NCBI GenBank assembly: GCA_965205265.1 | Contig: CBDBGH010000003.1 | Coordinates: 1,120,001 to 1,184,000, forward strand | Source of the DNA: Alphaproteobacteria bacterium | Lineage (GTDB): Bacteria > Pseudomonadota > Alphaproteobacteria > Bin95 | DNA length: 64,000 nucleotides | Direction: 5' to 3' | Shown: piece by piece, positions 50,577-60,644 of the stretch | Numbering within the stretch: position 1 is the stretch's first letter | Layout: the number at the start of each line of letters is the position of its first letter | Position numbers and translations under genes: made by a program | The notes under the pieces: model-generated | Told to the model about the DNA's origin: nothing | The model's input: only the letters and a program-made list of their open reading frames with translations | Database searches by the model: none

Positions 50577-52607
50577 ATGACACAGACCGAGCGGGAGACG
50601 GCGCTCAGCCGTCAGGCGGAAGAAGCGGTGGAGCACGCCGAGGCGTCGGTCAGCCGCCATCGGGACCTCGGGCCGGTCTGGATGACGATCGTGGTCGCCG
50701 CCTCCACCCTGTCGGTGCTGGCCTCGATCTATTTCATCTTCAACGTTCATTTGATGATCGACGTGAAGATTTTCGGCGAGGAGACCGAATACTACTATTT
50801 CATGCTCGCCATGCTGTTGCCGCTGGTGTTCCTGCTCTACCCGCCCTGGCGCAATGTCGGCCCGATGGACCGGGTTCCCTGGTACGACATCCTGCTTTCG
50901 CTTGTCGTTTTCGCCGTTTCGATCACCTTTGCGGCGCATGGCGAGGAAAACCTGCTGGAAGGCTGGGAATACGCCGCGCCGGAATGGGCGGTCTACGCCT
51001 CCTATTTCATGTGGCTGATGGTGCTGGAGGCGACCCGCAGGGCGGGCGGCATGCCGATCTTCGTCATCTGCTTCATCGTCTCGCTCTACCCGGCGCTCGC
51101 CGAGCATGCGCCCGGTTTCCTCGAGGGCCAGTCCGAGACGCTGGAAGTTACCGCGAGCTTCCACATGTTCGGCACGGAGAGCGTCATGGGCATCCCCATG
51201 CGCGCCTTCGCCTCCCTTGTGGTGGGCTTCCTCATCTTCGGCGTGGCGCTGCAATTCACCGGCGGCGGCGCCTTTTTCCTCAACCTCGCCTTCGCCCTGC
51301 TCGGGCGCTTCCGCGGCGGGCCGGCCAAGGTGGCGATCTTCTCGTCCGGCCTGATGGGCTCGATGAGCGGCTCGGTCATCACCAATGTGCTGACCACGGG
51401 CGCGCTTTCCATTCCGGCGATGAAGCGGGTCGGTTTCCGCCCGGCCTATGCGGGCGGCGTCGAGGCCTGCGCCTCGACGGGCGGCGTGCTGATGCCGCCC
51501 GTGATGGGCGCCACCGCCTTCATCATGGCGACCTTCCTGGAAATCTCATACGCCGTGATCCTGGTGGCGGCGATCATCCCCTCGCTGCTCTACTATTTCA
51601 GCCTGTTCATGCAGATCGACGCCTATTCCGCGCGCTTCGGCCTCGAAGGGCTGCCCAAGGCCGAAATGCCGAAGGCGCGGGAGGTGATGCGCGACGGCTG
51701 GCATTTCATCTTCGTGCTGGCGCTGCTGATCGTGATGCTGCTGGTGATGCAGCAGGAGGCGCAGGCGCCTTACTACGCCGCCGCCCTGCTGATCGTCATC
51801 AACCAGGTGCGCGCCCACGACCGATGGAACCTGGAGCGGTGCAAGCAGTTCCTCATCGGCATCGCCAAGCTGTTCACGGAGCTCGCCGGCATCCTGGCGG
51901 GCGTCGGCCTCATCATCGGCGCGCTGATGCTGACCGGGAAGGTCGGCAACCTGTCGTTGGAGCTCGTCACCCTCGCCGGCGATTCGATCTTCGTGCTGCT
52001 CGTCATGGGGGCCATCACCAGCTTCATCCTCGGCATGGGCATGACGGTGACGGCGGCCTATCTCTTCCTGGCCATCGCGCTCGCGCCGGCGCTCACCGCC
52101 AGCGGGCGGCTCGACCTGCTCGCCGTGCATCTCTACATGATGTATTGGGGCATGATCTCCTTCATCACGCCGCCGGTGGCCCTCGGCGCCTTCGCCGCCG
52201 CCACGGTGGCCCGCGCCAACCCCATCACCACCGGCTTCGAAGCGATGCGGCTCGGCGCGATCATCTATTTCGTGCCGTTCTTCTTCGTGCTGAACCCGGC
52301 GCTGATCGGCCATGGCACGACCGTCGAGGTCATCACGGTCTGCGGGCTGGCCTTCGCGGGCGTCATCCTGATTTCGGGCGCGCTGCAAGGCTATCTGATC
52401 GGCATCGGCTCGCTCACCGGCAACCCGCTTGCCGCATGGCCGATACGCCTGGCGCTGTTCTTCTCCGGCCTGTTGCTGGCTTTGCCCGGCGGCGAACTCA
52501 CCGGCTATTCGCACGCGCAATTGCTGATCGCGGCGGTTGTGCTGGGGGCTCCCGCGGCAGCGGCCGGCTGGTTCATGAACCGGCGGGGGACGGCACGGAC
52601 GGCCTGA
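50577..52607 (+). CDS. TRAP transporter fused permease (4TM/12TM)
   Basis: GGPAKVA, SGSVITNV...TG, EACASTGG...PPVMG, ITPPVAL. Confidence 0.93.
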   Translation: MTQTERETALSRQAEEAVEHAEASVSRHRDLGPVWMTIVVAASTLSVLASIYFIFNVHLMIDVKIFGEETEYYYFMLAMLLPLVFLLYPPWRNVGPMDRVPWYDILLSLVVFAVSITFAAHGEENLLEGWEYAAPEWAVYASYFMWLMVLEATRRAGGMPIFVICFIVSLYPALAEHAPGFLEGQSETLEVTASFHMFGTESVMGIPMRAFASLVVGFLIFGVALQFTGGGAFFLNLAFALLGRFRGGPAKVAIFSSGLMGSMSGSVITNVLTTGALSIPAMKRVGFRPAYAGGVEACASTGGVLMPPVMGATAFIMATFLEISYAVILVAAIIPSLLYYFSLFMQIDAYSARFGLEGLPKAEMPKAREVMRDGWHFIFVLALLIVMLLVMQQEAQAPYYAAALLIVINQVRAHDRWNLERCKQFLIGIAKLFTELAGILAGVGLIIGALMLTGKVGNLSLELVTLAGDSIFVLLVMGAITSFILGMGMTVTAAYLFLAIALAPALTASGRLDLLAVHLYMMYWGMISFITPPVALGAFAAATVARANPITTGFEAMRLGAIIYFVPFFFVLNPALIGHGTTVEVITVCGLAFAGVILISGALQGYLIGIGSLTGNPLAAWPIRLALFFSGLLLALPGGELTGYSHAQLLIAAVVLGAPAAAAGWFMNRRGTARTA

Positions 52608-52631
52608 GAGCGGCGGGAGCCGCGGCCGTCC

Positions 52632-52805
52632 TTATCCGAAGGCCGCCACGAGGCCGACGATGAACCCGATCACGCCGATCACGGTGATGACGGCTCCGCC
52701 GACCCTGGCCTGCAGGCCGTCATCCGCCCCGAACCCGATCCGCATGGCGACGATGCCCAGTATCGCAACCAGGGCGGACATGACCAGACCGAGCGCAGTG
52801 CCCAT
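52632..52805 (-). CDS. Small two-helix membrane protein, unknown function
   Basis: AAAGGA RBS; MGTALGLVMSALVAILGIVAM...GAVITVIGVIGFIVGLVAAFG. Confidence 0.6.
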   Translation of the reverse strand: MGTALGLVMSALVAILGIVAMRIGFGADDGLQARVGGAVITVIGVIGFIVGLVAAFG

Positions 52806-52885
52806 CGCGTGTTCCTTTGCCTTGCGCTGCCGCAAGTTTCGATGCCTTGGGCGGCGCAATCGGGGCGCGGCGCCCGGTTTGCGTT

Positions 52886-53740
52886 CTATTGCGGCGACAT
52901 GCCCCTGAGCCGCTCGGAGCGGCGCCGCAGCAGTTCGACGGTGGTCAGCAGGCAGATCGAGATGACCACCAGGATGGTCGCGACGGCGAGGATCGTCGGG
53001 CTGATCTGTTCGCGGAGCCCGGTGAACATCTGCCAGGGCAGCGTCTTCTGGCCGGCCGAGCCGACGAACAGCACCACGACCACCTCGTCGAAGGAGGTGA
53101 TGAAGGCGAACAGCCCGCCCGAGATCACGCCGGGCAGGATCAGCGGCGCCTGCACCTTGAAGAAGGTCCGCACCGGATTGGCGCCGAGATTGGCGGCGGC
53201 GCGCGTCAGGCTCCTGTCGAAGCCGACCAGCGTCGCGGTCACGGTAATGATGACGAAGGGGATGCCGAGCGCGGCATGGGCCAGCACGACCCCGAGATAG
53301 GTGCCCTGGAGGCCGATGCGCGAATAGAAGAAATACATGCCGGCCGCGGAGATGATGAGCGGCACGATCATCGGGGAGATCAGCACCGCCATGATCGCGC
53401 CCCGGAACGGCACATGGCTCTGCGACAGGCCGATGGCGGCGAGCGTGCCGAGGCTCACCGACAGCAGGGTTGCCACAGGCGCGATGCGTACGGAGTTGTA
53501 GAGCGCATTCTGCCAGTCGATATTGGTGAAGAAATCGTTGTAGTTCACCATGCTGTAGGCGTCGGCCTCCAGCGCCAGCATGCCCGGCGTGAAGGTGAAA
53601 TAGGGCAGCGGGTTGAAGCTGAGGGGGACGATGACCAGCAGCGGGAAGATGAGGAAGAAGAAAATCAGCACGCAGATGAGCCGGAAGCCCCAGTACCAGA
53701 GCTTCTGGCCGGTCGATGCATATGGCGGCAGTGCGGCCAT
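52886..53740 (-). CDS. Polyamine-type ABC permease (PotC-like)
   Basis: SPMIVP, RAAANLGA, FITSFDEVVV, TLPWQMF. Confidence 0.92.
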   Translation of the reverse strand: MAALPPYASTGQKLWYWGFRLICVLIFFFLIFPLLVIVPLSFNPLPYFTFTPGMLALEADAYSMVNYNDFFTNIDWQNALYNSVRIAPVATLLSVSLGTLAAIGLSQSHVPFRGAIMAVLISPMIVPLIISAAGMYFFYSRIGLQGTYLGVVLAHAALGIPFVIITVTATLVGFDRSLTRAAANLGANPVRTFFKVQAPLILPGVISGGLFAFITSFDEVVVVLFVGSAGQKTLPWQMFTGLREQISPTILAVATILVVISICLLTTVELLRRRSERLRGMSPQ

Positions 53741-53745
53741 GCGCG

Positions 53746-55014
53746 CTATCCCAGCTTCACATTGTCGATGCCGACGATCCTGTCGTAGAGCCAGTAGAGG
53801 ACCAGCACGACCGCCAGCAGGATGACGCCCAGCGCCGCCGCAAGCCCCCAATTGAGGCTCGAGGAGATGTGGTAGGCGATCCGGTTGGAAATGAAGGTGC
53901 CCGAGGTGCCGCCGACCAGTTCGGGCGTGATGTAGTAGCCGATGGAGAGGATGAAGACGAGGATGCAGCCCGCCCCGATGCCGGGCACGCTCTGCGGGAA
54001 ATAGACCCGCCAGAAGGCGGTCCAGTCCGTTGCGCCCAGGGATTTCGCGGCGCGCATGTAGCTCGGCGGGATCGTGCGCATCACCGAATAGAGCGGCAGG
54101 ATCATGAACGGCAGCAGGATGTGCGTCATGGCGATGATCGTGCCGGTCTGGTTGTTTATCATTGCAAGGCGCCCGTCATCGGCGACGAGGCCTATGAAGA
54201 CCAGCGTGTCGTTGATGACGCCCTGTTGCTGAAGCAATACCTTCCAGGCGGAGGTGCGGACCAGCAGCGAGGTCCAGAACGGCAGCAGAACGAGGATCAT
54301 CAGCATGTTCGACGTGCGCATCGGCAGCGTGGCCAGCAGGAAGGCCACCGGATAGCCGATCAGGAGGCAGGCAACCGTGATGACGACGCTCAGCAGCAAG
54401 GTGCGCTCGAACAGGAAGATGTAGATTCGTTCGTTCTCGGGCCTTGCCTCAATGCCGGTTGCGCCGAGCCTCGCATCGACGGCGTTGAGGAAATAACCCG
54501 ACGTGTAGGCGCTCGAAAACCGCTTGATCGTGGCCCAGGTCTCAGGATCGGCCCAGCTCTTGTGGATCTTGGCGAACTGCGCGGCGAGATCGCCGTCCTC
54601 GTCCATCCTCTTGACCCGCCGCCCCGTCTTGCGCAGCAGGCTGGCGACTCCCGTCTGCTCGTAGTTGAGCCGGGAGCCGAGCTTGGTATGCGCCTTGGCG
54701 GCGACCGCAGCGAGCAGGTCCCGGTGAAGCGCGGCGAAGACCTTTTCGCCCGGCGGTTGGCCGGAGGCGTCGTCCCAGTCTTCCAGCGCCGCAACGGTAA
54801 GCGGCAGCGTATCCGGCACGATCGCGTTCTCGACCGAACGGAACAGCATGTCCGCGATCGGCGCCGCGAACGTGACAAGAATGAAGATCAGCAGCGGCGC
54901 GATCAGCATGAGCGCGCGAAGCTTTTGCAGGCGGAGCGCGCGGGCCAGCGACTGCCTCAGCGGCCGGCCGTCTGCCGCAAGGATCGGCCCGGAGGCGTTT
55001 TCGCCGTTCGCCAT
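53746..55014 (-). CDS. Polyamine-type ABC permease (PotB-like)
   Basis: GYPVAF, PFWTSLLVRT, LPFMILPLY, RAAKSLGA, YITPELVGG. Confidence 0.92.
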   Translation of the reverse strand: MANGENASGPILAADGRPLRQSLARALRLQKLRALMLIAPLLIFILVTFAAPIADMLFRSVENAIVPDTLPLTVAALEDWDDASGQPPGEKVFAALHRDLLAAVAAKAHTKLGSRLNYEQTGVASLLRKTGRRVKRMDEDGDLAAQFAKIHKSWADPETWATIKRFSSAYTSGYFLNAVDARLGATGIEARPENERIYIFLFERTLLLSVVITVACLLIGYPVAFLLATLPMRTSNMLMILVLLPFWTSLLVRTSAWKVLLQQQGVINDTLVFIGLVADDGRLAMINNQTGTIIAMTHILLPFMILPLYSVMRTIPPSYMRAAKSLGATDWTAFWRVYFPQSVPGIGAGCILVFILSIGYYITPELVGGTSGTFISNRIAYHISSSLNWGLAAALGVILLAVVLVLYWLYDRIVGIDNVKLG

Positions 55015-55052
55015 GAAGCCCCGCGCGCCTTCTTCCGAAGGCCGAAAAGGGT

Positions 55053-55074
55053 GGAGGGGCCCGCGGGCCCCTCC
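55053..55074 (-). terminator. Intercistronic hairpin after the SBP gene
   Basis: ggaggggccc-gc-gggcccctcc followed on the minus strand by cctttt. Confidence 0.55.
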
Positions 55075-55086
55075 GTCAGGACGCCT

Positions 55087-56184
55087 CTACTTGGCGAGCC
55101 AGGTCTGGAACTTCGCGTCGATATCGTCGCGATAGTCCGCCCAGAACTCGTAGTTGTAGAGCAGCGTGTTGCTCATGTTTTTCGGCTCGTTCGGCATGTG
55201 CGGGGCCATGTCGATGCCCAGTGTTGCATGCTTGCCGACCAGCGGCGCCGAAGATGCGCGCGCCGGACCGTAGGAGATGTATTTCGCCTGGTCCGCAAGG
55301 CGCTGGGTGTCGGTGGCGAAATTGAGGTAGTGCAGCGCGCGCTTCTTGCGCTCGTCGCTCAGGTTCGCCGGGACGATCCAGCCGTCGAGGTCGAACACCT
55401 GGCCGTCCCACAGCATGGCGACCGGCTGCTTGTCCTCCTCGATGAGCTTGAACAGGCGCCCGTTATAGGTGGAACCGATCACGACTTCGCCGTCGGCCAG
55501 AAGCTGCGGCGTATCCGCGCCGGCGGACCACCACACGACATGCTCCTTGATCGTGTCGAGCTTGGCGAACGCCTGCGCCTGGCCTTCCTCGGTCGCCAGC
55601 ACGTCGTAAATGTCCTCCATGGCGACGCCGTCGCACATCAGCGCCCATTCCATGTTGTTGATCGGGCGCTTTTCGAGGCTGCGCTTGCCCGGATAATTCT
55701 CCAGGTCGAACACGGCGCAGACGTCCTTGGGCGGCGTGTCGCCCACCATGTCGGTGCGGTAGCCGAAGGTCGTCGAATAGACGATCTGCGGGATGAAGCA
55801 GGGCGTCACGAGGAAGTCGCCGAAGTCCTCGGACGCGGGCGTGCCGTCGGGCGCCGCCGCGAGCATCGAGTCCACATCGACCTCCATGGCGAGGCCTTCG
55901 TCGCAAAGCCGGATGGCGTCCGAAGCGACCACATCGACCACGTCCCAGGTCGTGTTGCCGGCTTCCGCCATGGCGCGAAGCTTGGCGACCGCTTCCGCCG
56001 CGCTCTCATCGTTGATGATGTTCACGCCCGGATTCATTTTCATATAGGGTTTGTGGTAGGCGTTCATCTGGGATGCCGAATAGGCACCGCCCCAGGACAC
56101 GATGGTCATGTCCTCCGCCTGCGCCGCGCCGGCCAGCGCCACGGAGGCAACCGCGCCGGCTGCAAGGAATGTTCTGAGTCTCAT
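55087..56184 (-). CDS. Polyamine-type ABC substrate-binding protein (PotD/PotF-like)
   Basis: Signal peptide; VSWGGAY; QLLADGEV...YNGR. Confidence 0.9.
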   Translation of the reverse strand: MRLRTFLAAGAVASVALAGAAQAEDMTIVSWGGAYSASQMNAYHKPYMKMNPGVNIINDESAAEAVAKLRAMAEAGNTTWDVVDVVASDAIRLCDEGLAMEVDVDSMLAAAPDGTPASEDFGDFLVTPCFIPQIVYSTTFGYRTDMVGDTPPKDVCAVFDLENYPGKRSLEKRPINNMEWALMCDGVAMEDIYDVLATEEGQAQAFAKLDTIKEHVVWWSAGADTPQLLADGEVVIGSTYNGRLFKLIEEDKQPVAMLWDGQVFDLDGWIVPANLSDERKKRALHYLNFATDTQRLADQAKYISYGPARASSAPLVGKHATLGIDMAPHMPNEPKNMSNTLLYNYEFWADYRDDIDAKFQTWLAK

Positions 56185-56267
56185 GTGGCGTTCTCCCTTG
56201 TTTACCACTCTTTCCGTCCAAGCGTGGCGTAGCGGGGAGGCAACGACGCGCGCTCCCCGGTTACGGT

Positions 56268-57362
<1,095 letters not shown>

Positions 57363-57524
57363 GATGTCCCCGATTGCCGGCAAATACCGCCCGGACGCTA
57401 ACACAAACGGAGCGGCAATCGAATAGGGGGCTTGAGATTTTCAACTGCCCGGCAGGGTTTCGCCCTCTTGCGCTTGCTGCTATTCGCCTCGGGTCCGCAA
57501 CCCTCAAGCGAAGGAGTTCCCGGA

Positions 57525-57764
57525 ATGGCCCAGCAACTCCTCCACCTCGTTTTCGGCGGGCGCCTTGTGCATCCCGACGGAACGGAATTCGCAGACCTCA
57601 AGGCCCTGGATATCGTCGGCATCTACCCCAACTACGCCGAGGCCGCCAAGGCGTGGCGCGGCAAGGCGCAGGGCACGGTGGACGATGCGCATATGCGCTA
57701 CTACGTCGTGCATCTGCATCGCCTGCTGGACCCCGACAACCACCAGCAGGCGGAAGGACATTAG
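57525..57764 (+). CDS. DUF4170-domain protein
   Basis: LLHLVFGG...DIVGIYPNY...AWRGKAQ.TVDDAHMRY..VHLHRLLDP; AAGGAG RBS. Confidence 0.85.
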   Translation: MAQQLLHLVFGGRLVHPDGTEFADLKALDIVGIYPNYAEAAKAWRGKAQGTVDDAHMRYYVVHLHRLLDPDNHQQAEGH

Positions 57765-57767
57765 CCG

Positions 57768-59414
57768 ATGGACGGCGGCGAGGCCCTGGCGGAAACACTT
57801 GCGGCATGGAGCGTCGATACAGCCTTCGCCGTTCCGGGCGAAAGCTATCTTCCGGTGCTTGCCGCCCTGCAACGCCGGGCCAACGCCATCCGCCTCGTCA
57901 CGCCCCGGCATGAGTCCGGCGTAACCTTCGCCTGCGCCGCCTATGGCAGGATTGCCGGCAAGCCGGCGGTCGGCCTGGTCAGCCGCGGTCCCGGCTCGAC
58001 CAATGCCTCCATCGGGCTGCATGTCGCGCGGCAGGACTCGGTGCCGATGCTTCTGGTCATCGGCGATGTTCCGACGGCCTCGAAAGGCCGCGAAGCCTTC
58101 CAGGAAATCGACTACCGCAGGATGTTCTCCGGCATTGCCAAAGCAGTGCTTGAACCCGGCGCGGCGGCGGATGTGCCGGCGGAGGCGGCCCGTGCGCTCG
58201 AACTCGCCATGGCGGGGCGGCCCGGACCGGTCGTGCTCGTGATGCCGAAGGACATTTCCGATGGTGACGCCGGCTCGCCGGCAATTCCGGGGCCGGTGCG
58301 CCGCGCGCCGCTGCTCCCCGACCCCGAAGCCATTGCCGAGGCCGTGCGCCGGATCGATGCCGCCGAAAGACCTGTCGTCGTCGCAGGCGAATTGATTGCG
58401 TTCGACGGCGCGGAGGAGCCGCTTGCGCGATTCGCGGACGCGAGCGGCGCGGCCGTCACGACCGCCTATCGGTGTCAGGACGCGATATCCAACGACCACC
58501 CGGCCTATATCGGGCATCTGGAGATCAACAGGGACGACTTCCAGGAACGGGCCTGGGAAGAGGCCGACCTCGTGATCGCCGCCGGAGCGCGGCTGGACGG
58601 CATCACGACCCGCGACTTTTCCCTGATCCGGGACGACCAGGCCCTGATTCACATTTACCCCGACGCCGAAGTGCTGGAGCGCTGGCCTTCGGGGCTGGCG
58701 GTCAGGGCGGATGCGGGGCCGGCGCTTGAGGCGCTCGCCGCCGCGGTCTCGAACGGCAGCGCGGTCCGCAACGACTGGCGCGGGGGGTTGAACGCGGCGT
58801 ATCGGCGCTTCTCCGACCCGGGCGGCGTTCCCGTCAACGGGCTCCTGGACCTTGCGGAGGTAACGGCGGAGGCGCGCCGGCAATTGCCGCCCGATGCGGT
58901 TGTCATCACCGACAGCGGCACCTTTGCGCGCTGGGTGCACCGCTATTTCCGGTTCGGCGGCCGGCGCACCCAGGCAGGGCCGATGGCAGGCGCGATGGGC
59001 TACGGTGTCCCGGGCGGCATCGGCGCGGCGCTTGCGCGGCCCCGGTCGCCGGTCGTGGTCTTTGTCGGCGACGGCGGGTTCCTGATGACGGGACAGGAAG
59101 CCGTGACCCTGGTGCAGGAGCGCCTGCCGGTGAAGATCGTCGTCTGCGACAACAATGCCTGGGGCTCGATCCTCACGTCGCAGCAGGCGCGCTACGGCGA
59201 GGACGGCATTTTCGGCACAAGGCTGGAAAGCCCGGATTTCGAGGCCGTCGGCCGCGCCTACGGCCTCCATGTGAGCCGCGTGCGGGAGACCGGAGAGTTC
59301 GCCGGCGCCCTTGCCGCCGCGCTTGCGCATCCGGGGCCGGCTTTGATCCACCTGGAGCTCGATGAGCGCGACATTTCCCCCTTCACCGGCCAGTCGCAGT
59401 CCTACCGGGTCTGA
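57768..59414 (+). CDS. Thiamine-diphosphate-dependent enzyme (acetolactate synthase-like)
   Basis: VPGESYL, RHESG, RGPGSTN, FQEID, GAMGYG, GDGGFLM...NN. Confidence 0.92.
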   Translation: MDGGEALAETLAAWSVDTAFAVPGESYLPVLAALQRRANAIRLVTPRHESGVTFACAAYGRIAGKPAVGLVSRGPGSTNASIGLHVARQDSVPMLLVIGDVPTASKGREAFQEIDYRRMFSGIAKAVLEPGAAADVPAEAARALELAMAGRPGPVVLVMPKDISDGDAGSPAIPGPVRRAPLLPDPEAIAEAVRRIDAAERPVVVAGELIAFDGAEEPLARFADASGAAVTTAYRCQDAISNDHPAYIGHLEINRDDFQERAWEEADLVIAAGARLDGITTRDFSLIRDDQALIHIYPDAEVLERWPSGLAVRADAGPALEALAAAVSNGSAVRNDWRGGLNAAYRRFSDPGGVPVNGLLDLAEVTAEARRQLPPDAVVITDSGTFARWVHRYFRFGGRRTQAGPMAGAMGYGVPGGIGAALARPRSPVVVFVGDGGFLMTGQEAVTLVQERLPVKIVVCDNNAWGSILTSQQARYGEDGIFGTRLESPDFEAVGRAYGLHVSRVRETGEFAGALAAALAHPGPALIHLELDERDISPFTGQSQSYRV

Positions 59415-59449
59415 GAGACCGTTTGAGAATAGCGGCTGCGCCTCTGTTA

Positions 59450-59549
59450 CGTCGCCCCGGCCCCCGAGCCGGGGTCTCCGGAAGCGTAGGCAAAGCCTTC
59501 GACATCCCACCAGGCGACACGAGGCCCCGGCTCGGGGGCCGGGGCGACG
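59450..59549. repeat. CGTC-tagged REP-like doublet, second family
   Basis: Perfect 25-bp inverted arms cgtcgccccggcccccgagccgggg / ccccggctcgggggccggggcgacg. Confidence 0.9.
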
Positions 59550-59700
59550 ATGTTTTTGCGCCTTCGGCTCGGTCGCCGCTCGCCCGAATAACGCGAGGCG
59601 CCCAACCGCATGCCTTCGCGAAAGCGGGGGGCGCCCCCGGCCCTCTTTCCGTCATGCCCGGTCGGGGCGATGTCCGCGTCCGGCAGGGGCATGGGCGTCT

Positions 59701-60123
59701 CTACCGTCCGGTTCGTTGCTTGCGGCGGCGGTAGCGCTCCAGACGGTGGCGCTTTAGGAAGCGCTGCACCGCGGTCGCGCCGAAGGACAGCCCCTCGGCG
59801 GCGAGCGCGGCGCGCAGCCCCCGGACGGACAGCCCCGGCTGCGCCTCAAGCATGCGGAAAATCCGCTCGCGCTCCGGCTCGATCCGCGAGGGCGTGGCGC
59901 CGCCCTGCCTGTCGGGCCGCACATGGCCGCGCTGGCGAAAGCGCTGCAACCAGCGGCGGACCGTGCGCTCCCCCAGCCCGAAATGCCGGGCTGCGGCGGC
60001 GGCGCTCATGCCGCCCTCCAGCACGGCCGCCACCGCCCGGCCCCGCAGGTCCTCGCTGACGGGGCGGCCGCGCCTTTGCCGTCCCAGCGCGCCCGCCTGC
60101 CCGTTCGCCGTTTCCGCCGTCAT
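59701..60123 (-). CDS. Stand-alone IS630-type helix-turn-helix protein (no DDE domain)
   Basis: GGAGG RBS; SEDLRGRAVAAVLEGGMSAAAAARHFGLGERTVRRW...G.VRP..QGG...TAVQRFLKRH as in the IS630 N-terminus; stop follows. Confidence 0.72.
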   Translation of the reverse strand: MTAETANGQAGALGRQRRGRPVSEDLRGRAVAAVLEGGMSAAAAARHFGLGERTVRRWLQRFRQRGHVRPDRQGGATPSRIEPERERIFRMLEAQPGLSVRGLRAALAAEGLSFGATAVQRFLKRHRLERYRRRKQRTGR

Positions 60124-60644
60124 CGCGTCTCCTCCCGCCGCGCCGACGCGGCTCTCGCAAAACCGCCGCGCCGCCGCAGCTCGAAAAACCGGCCAACCTC
60201 CGCGGAACGATCCGAACCGCCCTGCCGGCAACCTGCCGGCGCCCGCCGCAAAACCTAAATGCCGCGATATGCCGCGGGCGCGCGCTTACAGGCTGGCGCT
60301 CCCGGCAACGGGCGCGCCATTCCAGCTCCGGGTCGAGTGCGGAAACAGGGCGCTCAGACGGCCCATCCGCCGGACGGTCAGGTCATGGCCTCGCTCGTTT
60401 CCTCAAGGATTCGGAACTTATATAGGATATATAGCAGAAAAAACAAGAACAAAATGACCATATTCTGTCGATTGCGGCTGCGTCCGCAGAGGCGGAGGCC
60501 TGCAACGCCCGGCCGGGGCCGGCGGATGCGCGAATCCGGCGGGCCGGAGGGATGCGGAGCCATGCAGCAACGCGGCTTGAAGCCGGACTCCTGCTATCCT
60601 AGCGTCCTGCGGCGCAGGTCCGAGGCCCGAGGGGGGAAGCCGGC

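Noticed and set aside
60436-60450. Bona fide LexA box as a feature
   Set aside because: One base short of GAAC-N7-GAAC; kept only as a tentative part of a finding
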